Source: an uncultured Bacilli bacterium
Lineage (GTDB): Bacteria; Bacillota_I; Bacilli_A; RF39; UBA660
Length of the DNA: 64,000 nucleotides
NCBI GenBank assembly: GCA_934101115.1
Contig: CAKOPW010000006.1
Coordinates: 18,632-82,631 of the forward strand
Reading direction: 5' to 3'
The first letter of the stretch is position 1. Each line of letters begins with the position of its first letter. Positions 1 through 8,308 of this stretch are shown here, piece by piece. The notes under the pieces are model-generated. The model had not been told where the DNA came from. It did not search any database and was given only the letters and a program-made list of their open reading frames with translations. The position numbers and the translations under genes were made by a program.

Positions 1-27
1 TATCTGATTCATTTTTACTCCGTCCAT
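1..27 (-). CDS. First 9 codons (MDGVKMNQI) of a gene running off the left edge; its position directly downstream of ftsA suggests ftsZ, but the visible residues cannot confirm this
   Basis: ATG at 25-27 (minus) preceded by a GGAGAG Shine-Dalgarno; synteny only. Confidence 0.3.
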
Positions 28-40
28 AAATACACTCTCC

Positions 41-1282
41 TTAATTATCAAAGAATATTCCAAATACTTTTCCTAGTATGGAATCTCCTGTCATTGCTTT
101 TTTATTGCCATTGCTAACTAGATTGTCTAAGTCATCATCTGAGAATACACTAAAGTCTTTATCTCTTAATTTCAATTTAGAATCAAAATACTTTATCATT
201 CCAATTGAACTGGCAAATTTATTATTTCTTGCTCCTATATAATTATTTTTTCCTATAAAAGCAACTGGTCCAAACACACTTTCAACTTCGATATCAAAGT
301 CGCGTTGTTCAGACAATCCTCCAGACACTATTATATAACTTATTTCTTTCTTTGTTAAGTAATTTATCTCGTTCTTGACAATATTTAACATCTCATGAAG
401 CCTACTCATCATTAAACTTGATAATTCATATTGATCAATCTTGATTTTTTCTCCTAAATTGTTAACAACTTCCATAGTTTCTTGAACTCTAGCATTTTTT
501 CTACTAGCAAGTCCAAGTTCCTCTCTTACTTTACTTGCATCTTTTAAACTTAATTTATAAACAAAAGAAATATCATTGTCTATATTTTTAGTTCCTGTAT
601 CTATTACTAAATTATTAATTATTATACCCTTATTTATAATTGCTACCTTAGTTGTATCATAACCAATATCAATCACAGCACCAGTGTTAGTTTCCATATT
701 TTCTGTTTTATGTGCAAAAAATGTTCCAATACTAGGTATCATAATATCGCTTACTTCTACTCCACATTTTTCTAAACTTTTAGCAATAAGGCAAATGTCT
801 TTTTTAGGAGATGAAATAACTACCGATTTTACTGACAAACTATTTCCTTTCATTCCTTTTGGAATCTTTGTTTTTCGATCATCAACTTTAAACATTATTG
901 GTATAACAGTAACCAAATCAAAACCTTCATCAATATTTCCTTTTACACTCATTTGTAAAACTTTTTGTATATATTCTCCAGTTACTTCTTTATCCTCATC
1001 CGTTATCGTTAAACTTGCTTCACCTATTTTAAAAATTGTTTCTCCTTCAGGAACATTTACAATTGCCTTTGTTATTGAAGTATTAAGTTTTTCTTCTGCT
1101 TGATTAAGCAAACGTTTTAAAGCATATTCAACTTCTACAGGTTCAACAATCATGCCATTCTTTACACCACGTGATTCTTCTTCTAAAGCACATAAAATGT
1201 TCATCTTATTATTAAGAATTTCAGCAACTATAAGTTTTATAAGATGACTACCAACATCAATACTAGCTATGATTTCTCTCAT
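41..1282 (-). CDS. ftsA: Cell division protein FtsA (actin-like ATPase)
   Basis: 413 aa; N-terminal IASIDVGSHLIKLIV phosphate-1-like motif; actin-fold pattern (VIDIGYDTTKVAI, IVSGGLSE); C-terminal amphipathic tail ILGKVFGIFF typical of the FtsA membrane-targeting helix. Confidence 0.85.
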   Translation of the reverse strand: MREIIASIDVGSHLIKLIVAEILNNKMNILCALEEESRGVKNGMIVEPVEVEYALKRLLNQAEEKLNTSITKAIVNVPEGETIFKIGEASLTITDEDKEVTGEYIQKVLQMSVKGNIDEGFDLVTVIPIMFKVDDRKTKIPKGMKGNSLSVKSVVISSPKKDICLIAKSLEKCGVEVSDIMIPSIGTFFAHKTENMETNTGAVIDIGYDTTKVAIINKGIIINNLVIDTGTKNIDNDISFVYKLSLKDASKVREELGLASRKNARVQETMEVVNNLGEKIKIDQYELSSLMMSRLHEMLNIVKNEINYLTKKEISYIIVSGGLSEQRDFDIEVESVFGPVAFIGKNNYIGARNNKFASSIGMIKYFDSKLKLRDKDFSVFSDDDLDNLVSNGNKKAMTGDSILGKVFGIFFDN

Positions 1283-1352
1283 AATAAAACCTGCCTATCA
1301 TGCTTTCATTATACTATAAAAAAGTCTAAAAAAAAAGAAGAGATTTTATTTT

Positions 1353-2066
1353 TTACCATCTTCCTATTTCTTTTATAAGTCTACTTACATTTTTTATTGA
1401 TTCGTCTTCTCCAAATTCTTTACATAAAGCATAATATAGAGCTAAATCATCTTTATAAGTTCCAATTGCTGAGTAGAATTCAGATAAAAACTGATTTAAA
1501 TATTTACTATCAAAAACAAATCCATAAGGAATTTTAAATATACTAATAAAAATTTCATGAATAAATTCGCTTAAATTATGTTCCAAACAAACCTCTTCAT
1601 TGAAATAGGTTAAATCAAATTCATCAGTATCAAATATATTTATTCCATCCTTATTGATAATAACATTTTTGCTATGAAAATCTCTTACATAGACACCTAA
1701 CCTACTTAATTCATGGGTTTCTTCAATAAGTTCTAAAATCATTTCAGTAAAAACTTTTAGAGTTATATTAGGTATATGTTTTTCTAATACATCTCCTTTT
1801 ATATAATCAAGCTTAGTTGCAATTACTTTTCCATCATTTACATAAACGTCATTTGGAGTATAAATGTTTTTTACTTTAATATTTCCAAGCTCTTGGAGAT
1901 GAGCTAACATATCATATTCTTTAAACAAGCGATCTTTTCTTTCAGTATCTAAAAATAATTTTAATACTCTTTTATCTCTCGTTAAAAACGTTATAGCAGT
2001 AGTTCCTATTCCTAAAATCGGTCTAAATGCTATTTCAGTTGTAATATTTTTGTTTTCAATTACCAT
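1353..2066 (-). CDS. Small protein-kinase-like (PKL fold) protein, paralog 1
   Basis: 237 aa; Gly-loop-like LGIGTTAITF, Lys in RVLKLF, catalytic-loop-like VRDFHSKNVII (D..N), DFG-like IFDTDEF; AGGAGG SD. Confidence 0.55.
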   Translation of the reverse strand: MVIENKNITTEIAFRPILGIGTTAITFLTRDKRVLKLFLDTERKDRLFKEYDMLAHLQELGNIKVKNIYTPNDVYVNDGKVIATKLDYIKGDVLEKHIPNITLKVFTEMILELIEETHELSRLGVYVRDFHSKNVIINKDGINIFDTDEFDLTYFNEEVCLEHNLSEFIHEIFISIFKIPYGFVFDSKYLNQFLSEFYSAIGTYKDDLALYYALCKEFGEDESIKNVSRLIKEIGRW

Positions 2067-2154
2067 TTTCTTACCTCCTAACTAACGATAATTTGCTGTA
2101 ATATTATCTTAGATAAATTAAAACACAACATTTTCTATATTCTAATTTAATTCT

Positions 2155-2865
2155 TTATACTTTTTGAACATATGGAAGTCTCAAATCCTTAACGTATTTT
2201 ACCTCAAAATATTGTCTATTTATATATTCTATATATTCACCTAATAAATTAGGAAGTGAATCTTCTCCTTCAATAATTGAATCGACTATTTCTTTAGATT
2301 TATCATCTATTTGGCTACTATAAATACAAAGTGAATTTCTTATAATCGCTTTAAAAATGGATTTATTTAATCTTTGTAAATTTTTTCTTTTAACATCTAA
2401 GTTTTTTTCAAAACGAGCTAAATCCAAATCTATTATCTTTAATTCGCTTCCAAGAATTAAATTAGTTCTTGTTGCATCATATAAAAACAAATCATCAATC
2501 TTTACTAACTCTTGATAAAATTTATTTAATATATTCATAATTATGTTTATATCAATATAACCAATGTTAGAATCCAATCTAACTCCTTCTGAAAAATTAG
2601 TTATATATCCTACAACATTTTCTTCACCATTTTTAAATATTTCGTGAGGACATACAAGTATTGGACTTTTATCTTCTAATTTAACTAAAAAATCTAGAAA
2701 ATGCTTATGATATTCGTCTTCTAGCCTATCAATATGATTTTTGCTATGAAAAATTTTTAAAGCTTTATCTCCATATTTATAAACACTTCCATAATAACCC
2801 GCATTAATATAACTTAAAGAATCTAAATCAATTTTTTCTAATTCTGAAGCATCTCTAATAACCAT
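2155..2865 (-). CDS. Small protein-kinase-like (PKL fold) protein, paralog 2
   Basis: 236 aa; AGYYGSVYKYGDKALKIF (Gly loop plus VAIK-like Lys), YDATRTNLIL (D..N), IIDLDLA (DxD); starts MVI like its neighbour. Confidence 0.55.
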   Translation of the reverse strand: MVIRDASELEKIDLDSLSYINAGYYGSVYKYGDKALKIFHSKNHIDRLEDEYHKHFLDFLVKLEDKSPILVCPHEIFKNGEENVVGYITNFSEGVRLDSNIGYIDINIIMNILNKFYQELVKIDDLFLYDATRTNLILGSELKIIDLDLARFEKNLDVKRKNLQRLNKSIFKAIIRNSLCIYSSQIDDKSKEIVDSIIEGEDSLPNLLGEYIEYINRQYFEVKYVKDLRLPYVQKV

Positions 2866-2947
2866 AATTTTCTCCTAATAAAAATATATTTTAATACAAC
2901 TGCTTATAAATGTAAAGTTTTATGGTATAATTTTAAGTGGTGATGTT

Positions 2948-4303
2948 ATGAAAGATTTTTTTGCTATTATACTTAATAAATGTTTGTCATTAGGATGTTA
3001 TATTTTAAAGCCTATTTTTAAAAAAGATGGATCAGTTACTCCAGGATATTATGCATCTAAATTAAATAAAGATATCTTAGATGATTTAAAATATCCAAAG
3101 TATGTTATTGGAGTTACTGGCTCAAGTGGTAAAGGTTCAACAACTTCAATGATTGCACATATACTTTCAAATTCAGGATATAAAGTTGTATGGAATAAAA
3201 ATGGTTCAAACCTTTATAATGCAGCTATTACTTTAATACTTAATCATACTAATCCATTTACTAAGAAGATTAATGCTGATGTGTTGCTTATGGAATTGGA
3301 TGAATCATTTATTTCTAAAATATTTAAGAAACAAAAATTAACTCATTTAGTAGTTACTAATGTTACAAGAGATCAACCAGCAAGAAATGGAAGTCCAGAT
3401 ATAATATTTGATAAGATCGCTTCTTCTATTGATGATACAACTCATTTAGTTATTAATGCTGATGATCCTATAGTTTCAAGATTTAAATTGACTCATAAAA
3501 ATATAACAACATATGGAATTGATAAAACAAAATATGATTTAAAGAAACCAATAAGCAATAACGTTGATGCCGCTTATTGTCCTAAATGTGATACAAAATT
3601 AAAATATGATTTTTATCATTATGGACATATTGGTTCCTACTCTTGTCCTAAATGTGATTTTTCTTCAAGACCTGTTGACTATTTAGCAACTGATATTGAT
3701 TTGGATAAGAATTTTATGCTAATAAACGATACATTGGTTCATTTAAATAGAAATGTATTTTTCTGTTGCTATTATACACTAGCTGCCTACGCCTTATCTA
3801 AAACAATAGATGTAAAAGATGAAGATATCATTAGAGAACTTAACGAAGATATTATTCCTTCAAAAAGAATGAAGACTTATAAACTTGGTAAACGTGAAAT
3901 TGAAATGGTAGAGTCTAAAAATGAAAATGCCCTTTCATATTTACAAACGATTAATTATATTCGTGAAAGTGATGATTTGAAAACTATAATAATCGGGTTC
4001 GATAATGTTTCAAGAAGATATTCATATAATGATTTAAGTTGGTTATATGATGTTGATTTTGAACTTTTAAATATAGATTCAATAGATAAAATATTTTGTA
4101 TAGGTAGATTTAAATATGATGTATATTCTAGATTACTTTATGCCGGTATTGATAAAAAGAAATTAGTTTTAGTTGAGAATATAGATAATCTTTTATACGA
4201 TGTAGAAAAAAATTCTAAAGGAAAGATTATTACAATGGTATGCTTTGATATGACAGCAAAAATAAAAGATATGTTGAGAAGAGGTATGTATGAAAACAAT
4301 TAA
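2948..4303 (+). CDS. murT: Lipid II isoglutaminyl synthase subunit MurT (Mur ligase family with Cys4 zinc ribbon)
   Basis: GVTGSSGKGSTTS P-loop, ELDESF, VTNVTRDQ, INADDPIVSRF, CPKCD..YDFYHYGHIGSYSCPKCDF zinc ribbon, NDLSWLYDVDFE; collinear with S. aureus MurT as I recall it. Confidence 0.85.
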   Translation: MKDFFAIILNKCLSLGCYILKPIFKKDGSVTPGYYASKLNKDILDDLKYPKYVIGVTGSSGKGSTTSMIAHILSNSGYKVVWNKNGSNLYNAAITLILNHTNPFTKKINADVLLMELDESFISKIFKKQKLTHLVVTNVTRDQPARNGSPDIIFDKIASSIDDTTHLVINADDPIVSRFKLTHKNITTYGIDKTKYDLKKPISNNVDAAYCPKCDTKLKYDFYHYGHIGSYSCPKCDFSSRPVDYLATDIDLDKNFMLINDTLVHLNRNVFFCCYYTLAAYALSKTIDVKDEDIIRELNEDIIPSKRMKTYKLGKREIEMVESKNENALSYLQTINYIRESDDLKTIIIGFDNVSRRYSYNDLSWLYDVDFELLNIDSIDKIFCIGRFKYDVYSRLLYAGIDKKKLVLVENIDNLLYDVEKNSKGKIITMVCFDMTAKIKDMLRRGMYENN

Positions 4304-4970
4304 AATTGCACATTTATATTATGATTTAATGAATTACTATGGTGAACAAGGAAATGTTCTTGCTTTAAAAACTGCAATTGAATATGCTGGATTTAAAGTA
4401 AACATTAAAACTTTATCCGTTGATGATGAAATTGATTTTGAAAAATACGATATATTTTATATGGGTATGGGAACAAAAAGAAATCAAGAGATTGTTAGAA
4501 AAGATATCTTAAAGTATAAAGAAAAAATCGAAAATGTAATAGATAAAAAAATGTTTATTATGACTGGTAATTCTTATGAATTATTTGGTAAAAAAATTGA
4601 TGATAAAAAATGTCTTGGAATATTTAATTTTAATTCTAAAACTACTGATAGAATTGTTGGAGAACAGGTTTTTAAATGTGATATTATTAAAGAGACTGTA
4701 ATAGGATTTCAAAATAGATTTAGCTCAAATGATATAAAAGATGATTATCTATTTGAAGTTATTAAAGGAACTGGAAATGATATAGAAAGCAAAGTTGAAG
4801 GAATCCATAAAAATAATTTCTTTGGTACTTATCTTCTTGGACCAATACTAATAAGAAATCCTTATTTCAAAGATGCTTTATTAAAATATATTGGTATTGA
4901 TAAAGTAAATACTAAATTAGTTGATTATAAGGCATATCATGAATATTTAAAGAATTTTAATATAAACTAA
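4290..4970 (+). CDS. gatD: GatD-like (CobQ-type GATase) partner of MurT, with both expected catalytic residues substituted
   Basis: Overlaps murT by 14 nt; collinear with S. aureus GatD (EGIH..N..GTYL.GPIL); the expected CGGYQ.LG is TGNSYELFG and the expected LHGP is LLGP. Confidence 0.8.
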   Translation: MKTIKIAHLYYDLMNYYGEQGNVLALKTAIEYAGFKVNIKTLSVDDEIDFEKYDIFYMGMGTKRNQEIVRKDILKYKEKIENVIDKKMFIMTGNSYELFGKKIDDKKCLGIFNFNSKTTDRIVGEQVFKCDIIKETVIGFQNRFSSNDIKDDYLFEVIKGTGNDIESKVEGIHKNNFFGTYLLGPILIRNPYFKDALLKYIGIDKVNTKLVDYKAYHEYLKNFNIN

Positions 4971-4998
4971 AAACATCTTCGAATTTGAAGATGTTTTT
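4971..4998. terminator. Bidirectional intrinsic terminator between convergent gatD and the 393-aa secreted-protein gene
   Basis: Stem aaacatcttc / gaagatgttt, flanked by an A-run and a T-run. Confidence 0.7.
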
Positions 4999-4999
4999 A

Positions 5000-6181
5000 T
5001 TATGCTATTCTGAATGCTGGAGAGATTCCAGCTATACTATCAGCGTAGCTGTCTGAAAAAGTTCCAAAAATGGAAACATATAAAAAGCCCTTTTGATCCG
5101 AATTAAATGCTGAACGTAACCACCATCCAGTATTATTTGAATTATATTGTTTAATTAAATCATTATAATTTGTCTTACTTACACCTAATTGCTTGTAATA
5201 ATCAAGTTGTTTTGAAGTTCCTACTGATGTATCAGAATCTTCTACATTGTATATTTCTTCAATGGATAGTAAATATAGTTTATCTTGAGTTTCAAAGTTT
5301 TTTTCTCCTGATGTACTTCCATGTCCTGATATTACTTTTGTTGAAACTATAATATTTTGTAAGTCTGTTGAAAGAGAATTAAAAACATCACGATTTATAT
5401 ATGTACGCATTTCCGAATCTCTCCATCCACCTATGTTTGAAATTGTACTATTTATATTGTGTTTTGCTATTATATCAGCAAATTCTACTACAAATCCACA
5501 TGCTGTTTCGCTTGTCTCTCCATTCGTACATTCACTCATATTTGATATACGTACTGTGTGTGTTCCTAAATCACCTAAGTCTACTTCTTTTGTATCACCT
5601 ACATTATATTTACTTGTATTTCCAGTATGCACATTTGCTGCTATTGTAGACCAACTATCTTGTTGGAATGCTGGTATTTCTTCTCCTATTGTATCTCTTT
5701 CTACGGCAGTAAATTCTAACTTACATGTATATTCTTCACTTACCTCTTCTGTTGATGTTTTATCTAGTGTTACTGTTAATGTTCCATTTAAGCTTTCCTT
5801 TGCTTTCACTACTGTTGCATCATTTTCTAGTTTGTTCTTTATACTTGTATATTTTGCTGTTGTTCCGTCCTTTGGTACACATGTTATACTTACTTCTGCA
5901 TCGTAGTTACTTGAATTGTTTGTTACCTCATATGTTAGTATTGATGTTTGATTTAATGTTTTTAATTCACTAGTTGTAAATGTTATTATTTTCTTTGTAT
6001 CATCTACAACTGTTAAATATACGTCCCTTCCATCTAAACTTGCTGCTGTGAAGATTACTGAGAAGTCATCTCTATTTTCACTTACTTTGGCATTCCCATT
6101 TATTATTAATGTTGTTGATACTGCTGCAAATCCAATTGACATTAAAATAATTGCAACTATAAGCATACTTTTCTTCTTCAT
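5000..6181 (-). CDS. Secreted or membrane-anchored protein: shared N-terminal module plus a C-terminal WWLRS/ISPAF domain (DUF6273-like as I recall)
   Basis: 393 aa; N-terminal MKKKSMLIVAIILMSIGFAAV hydrophobic signal/anchor; first ~165 aa nearly identical to the upstream paralog; GWWLRSA ... GISPAFRIA at the C-terminus. Confidence 0.6.
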   Translation of the reverse strand: MKKKSMLIVAIILMSIGFAAVSTTLIINGNAKVSENRDDFSVIFTAASLDGRDVYLTVVDDTKKIITFTTSELKTLNQTSILTYEVTNNSSNYDAEVSITCVPKDGTTAKYTSIKNKLENDATVVKAKESLNGTLTVTLDKTSTEEVSEEYTCKLEFTAVERDTIGEEIPAFQQDSWSTIAANVHTGNTSKYNVGDTKEVDLGDLGTHTVRISNMSECTNGETSETACGFVVEFADIIAKHNINSTISNIGGWRDSEMRTYINRDVFNSLSTDLQNIIVSTKVISGHGSTSGEKNFETQDKLYLLSIEEIYNVEDSDTSVGTSKQLDYYKQLGVSKTNYNDLIKQYNSNNTGWWLRSAFNSDQKGFLYVSIFGTFSDSYADSIAGISPAFRIA

Positions 6182-6201
6182 ATTTTTCCTTCTCTCAGTA
6201 G

Positions 6202-7644
6202 TTATTTTATTAAAGTAATACGTGCATATCCATTACCGGATTTAGCACAATTTTCTGTTGGTGTTTCATTTGCACATGTAGTACTTATTGTTTTGGTATT
6301 TTCCTCGGAGGATTCTTCACAATTATAACAATACATTGCTTTTTCGCTTAATAGAGTATTTCCAATATAACCGGATCCACCTCCAGCTCCTCCATGGCAT
6401 CGTGAGCTTCCTCCGCCTCCGTAGAGACCTCCTCCGCCTCCAGCGCCGCCACAACAATTTTGATATTGATTACCACCTTGACCAAAACTTCCGTGCGCAT
6501 CACTTATTATTTCGCCAAGATTTGTAGTTTGACCAGCAGTATCTTGAGTTGCACCTGTTCCTAAAAATCCAATCAAATTAGAACCTTGATAAGCTGTTCC
6601 CCAACTGTCAAGTCCACTACTACCTTTGTAGCCACCAGCTGAGCCACCAATTCCATCAAATCTAACCTTGCTATCAGCACTGGTTTGGTCAGGCATTGGC
6701 CCATATGCATATCCGGATCCACCGCCTCCACCAGAAACTATTAAAATAGATGATTTTTTATTTTCTAATGAGGATAATATTCCACTAGAGGTTGCTATGT
6801 GCGTTGCTCCACCTCCGCTAGAAGAACCTGTTATCGAGTCGTATCCTCGACCATATCCCCCTCCATTATAGCCTCCTGGACATAGACTTGTATCGGAGCT
6901 ATCTTCAAAGCAATTGTTTGTTCCTTGGCCGCCGATATTAATATAAAGTGTTTGGCTTTTTTTCATTTGAATAATTCCGTTAGAGTAACCTCCATATCCA
7001 CCATTAACGCTTGTGGAATTACTAGAGTCGTTTACTCCACCACCTTGAGCTCCCCATACTTCTAACTTATATGTTCCAGTTGCTGGCGCAGTAAATGTTT
7101 GCTCCCCTCCGGTATAATCGAACATCCATTCAACTTGTCCTTCGTAGCCAACTTCATCTCTTTCTACGGCATTGAATTCTAACTTACATGTATATTCTTC
7201 ACCTACTTCTTCTGTTGATGTTTTATCTAGTGTTACTGTTAATGTTCCATTTAAGGTTTCTTTGGCTTTTATAACTGTTGCATCATTTTCTAATTTATTT
7301 TTGATACTTGTGTATTTTGCTATTGTTCCGTCACTTGGTACGCATGTTACTTTTACTTCAGCATCGTAGTTACTTGAATTGTTTGTTACTTCATATGTTA
7401 AGATACTTGTTTGATTTAATGTTTTTAATTCGCTTGTTTCGAATGTTATTATCTTCTTTGTATCATCTACAGCTGTTGAATATACATCTTTTCCATCTAG
7501 ACTTGCTGCTGTGAAGATTACACTGAAGTCTTCTTCATTTTCACTTACTTTTGCGTTTCCATTTATTATTAATGTTGTACTTACTGCTGCAAAGCCAATT
7601 GACATCAAAACAATTGCAAATATTATTGCACTCCTTTTCTTCAT
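6202..7644 (-). CDS. Secreted or membrane-anchored glycine-rich-domain protein (shared N-terminal module plus Gly-rich C-terminal domain)
   Basis: 480 aa; same signal/anchor and ~165-aa module; FTAPATGTYKLEVWGAQGGG followed by GGYGG/GGGGSG-rich segments, typical of the bacterial glycine-rich domain family; 20-nt gap to the next gene implies an operon. Confidence 0.6.
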   Translation of the reverse strand: MKKRSAIIFAIVLMSIGFAAVSTTLIINGNAKVSENEEDFSVIFTAASLDGKDVYSTAVDDTKKIITFETSELKTLNQTSILTYEVTNNSSNYDAEVKVTCVPSDGTIAKYTSIKNKLENDATVIKAKETLNGTLTVTLDKTSTEEVGEEYTCKLEFNAVERDEVGYEGQVEWMFDYTGGEQTFTAPATGTYKLEVWGAQGGGVNDSSNSTSVNGGYGGYSNGIIQMKKSQTLYINIGGQGTNNCFEDSSDTSLCPGGYNGGGYGRGYDSITGSSSGGGATHIATSSGILSSLENKKSSILIVSGGGGGSGYAYGPMPDQTSADSKVRFDGIGGSAGGYKGSSGLDSWGTAYQGSNLIGFLGTGATQDTAGQTTNLGEIISDAHGSFGQGGNQYQNCCGGAGGGGGLYGGGGSSRCHGGAGGGSGYIGNTLLSEKAMYCYNCEESSEENTKTISTTCANETPTENCAKSGNGYARITLIK

Positions 7645-7682
7645 TTTTTACACACACCTATTCTCTTTTTTATTTTATAATA

Positions 7683-7690
7683 CCCCCCCC
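7683..7690. repeat. Homopolymeric C8 (G8 on the coding strand) tract 38 nt upstream of the start codon of the secreted-protein operon
   Basis: tacccccccc read directly; sits between TTGAAA and TATTATAAA promoter-like hexamers on the minus strand. Confidence 0.9.
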
Positions 7691-7836
7691 GATTTTCAAG
7701 GAGTTTATTTTCTTTTACATCACTTTTGTCATTTGTTTTTTATTGCACACCTATTATATTTAAATTATACAATTTATTTGTTGTAGAGTAAATATTCTAC
7801 TTTTAGTATGTGTAAAGTTTACCTTTTATATTATCA

Positions 7837-7865
7837 TTGTAATTTTTCTTAAAAAATGTTATATT
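7837..7865 (+). promoter_or_regulatory. Sigma-A-type promoter with extended -10 (TTGTAA-17 nt-TGtTATATT) driving a short orphan transcript
   Basis: Hexamers and spacing read directly. Confidence 0.55.
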
Positions 7866-7871
7866 TTATTT

Positions 7872-7952
7872 AGTGAGAAGCAAAGTTTCTTTAGGACGCG
7901 ATGCTTACCACAGTTTGGGTTGCACCTTTTTCAAAAGAAAAGGTGCTTTTTT
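7872..7952 (+). ncRNA. Candidate ~80-nt small RNA (promoter plus intrinsic terminator, no credible downstream plus-strand gene); possible type I antitoxin
   Basis: Terminator stem gcacctttt (7922-7930) / aaaaggtgc (7938-7946) plus T6; internal hairpin aagca..tgctt; antisense to the 3' flank of the 31-aa ORF. Confidence 0.4.
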
Positions 7953-7957
7953 ATATC

Positions 7958-8053
7958 TTATATTCCTTTTCTACAAAGAAGATATAATAATATAAAAATT
8001 ATAATGATTAAACTTGTTACTAGTAGTTCTATTTTAAATTGGTGTTTAAACAT
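7958..8053 (-). CDS. 31-aa hydrophobic peptide MFKHQFKIELLVTSLIIIIFILLYLLCRKGI (candidate type I toxin)
   Basis: AAGGAAGTGA SD ~7 nt upstream of ATG; single predicted TM helix with a basic C-terminus; the stop lies 6 nt from the end of the sRNA terminator T-run (7952). Confidence 0.35.
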   Translation of the reverse strand: MFKHQFKIELLVTSLIIIIFILLYLLCRKGI

Positions 8054-8253
8054 TATACATCACTTCCTTACTACAGCTTATTTTGCTGAAAATTCACGTC
8101 CTACATATAAGAAAGTGATAAGCATCTTTTCCTTGCTTCTCAAGAAAATATTTAAGCATAATTTTTTTATATTTCAAAACTACAAAATTTTAAATTTAGA
8201 GGCTCAGATCTTTAATATCTGTAGCTATTTATATGTAAATCGTTAAAATCTGT

Positions 8254-8287
8254 CAAAAAAAGCTACCAATTTTTAAGTTTGGTAGTT
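8254..8287 (-). terminator. Intrinsic terminator downstream of thyA
   Basis: Stem agctaccaa / ttggtagtt followed by a U-run on the minus strand (A7 at 8254-8260 on plus). Confidence 0.7.
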
Positions 8288-8308
8288 TTAACATTTTTTT
8301 TAATATTT

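Noticed and set aside
5170-7786. Many plus-strand ORFs (60-157 aa) in the ORF track, antisense to the two secreted-protein genes
   Set aside because: They are fully nested antisense to well-supported minus-strand genes. Their translations are low-complexity (L/S/F/Y-rich) and they have no SD sequences. Duplicated copies simply mirror the duplicated 5' module.
7872-7952. Riboswitch interpretation of the promoter-to-terminator element
   Set aside because: No gene follows on the plus strand. I could not match it to any riboswitch consensus I know; a single GGACGCG segment is not enough for a guanidine-II/mini-ykkC call.
7920-8246. 108-aa plus-strand ORF starting with TTG inside the terminator hairpin
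   Set aside because: The start lies within the sRNA terminator stem. There is no SD, and the sequence is an AT-rich-frame artefact. The region is better explained by the small minus-strand peptide ORF and non-coding transcripts.
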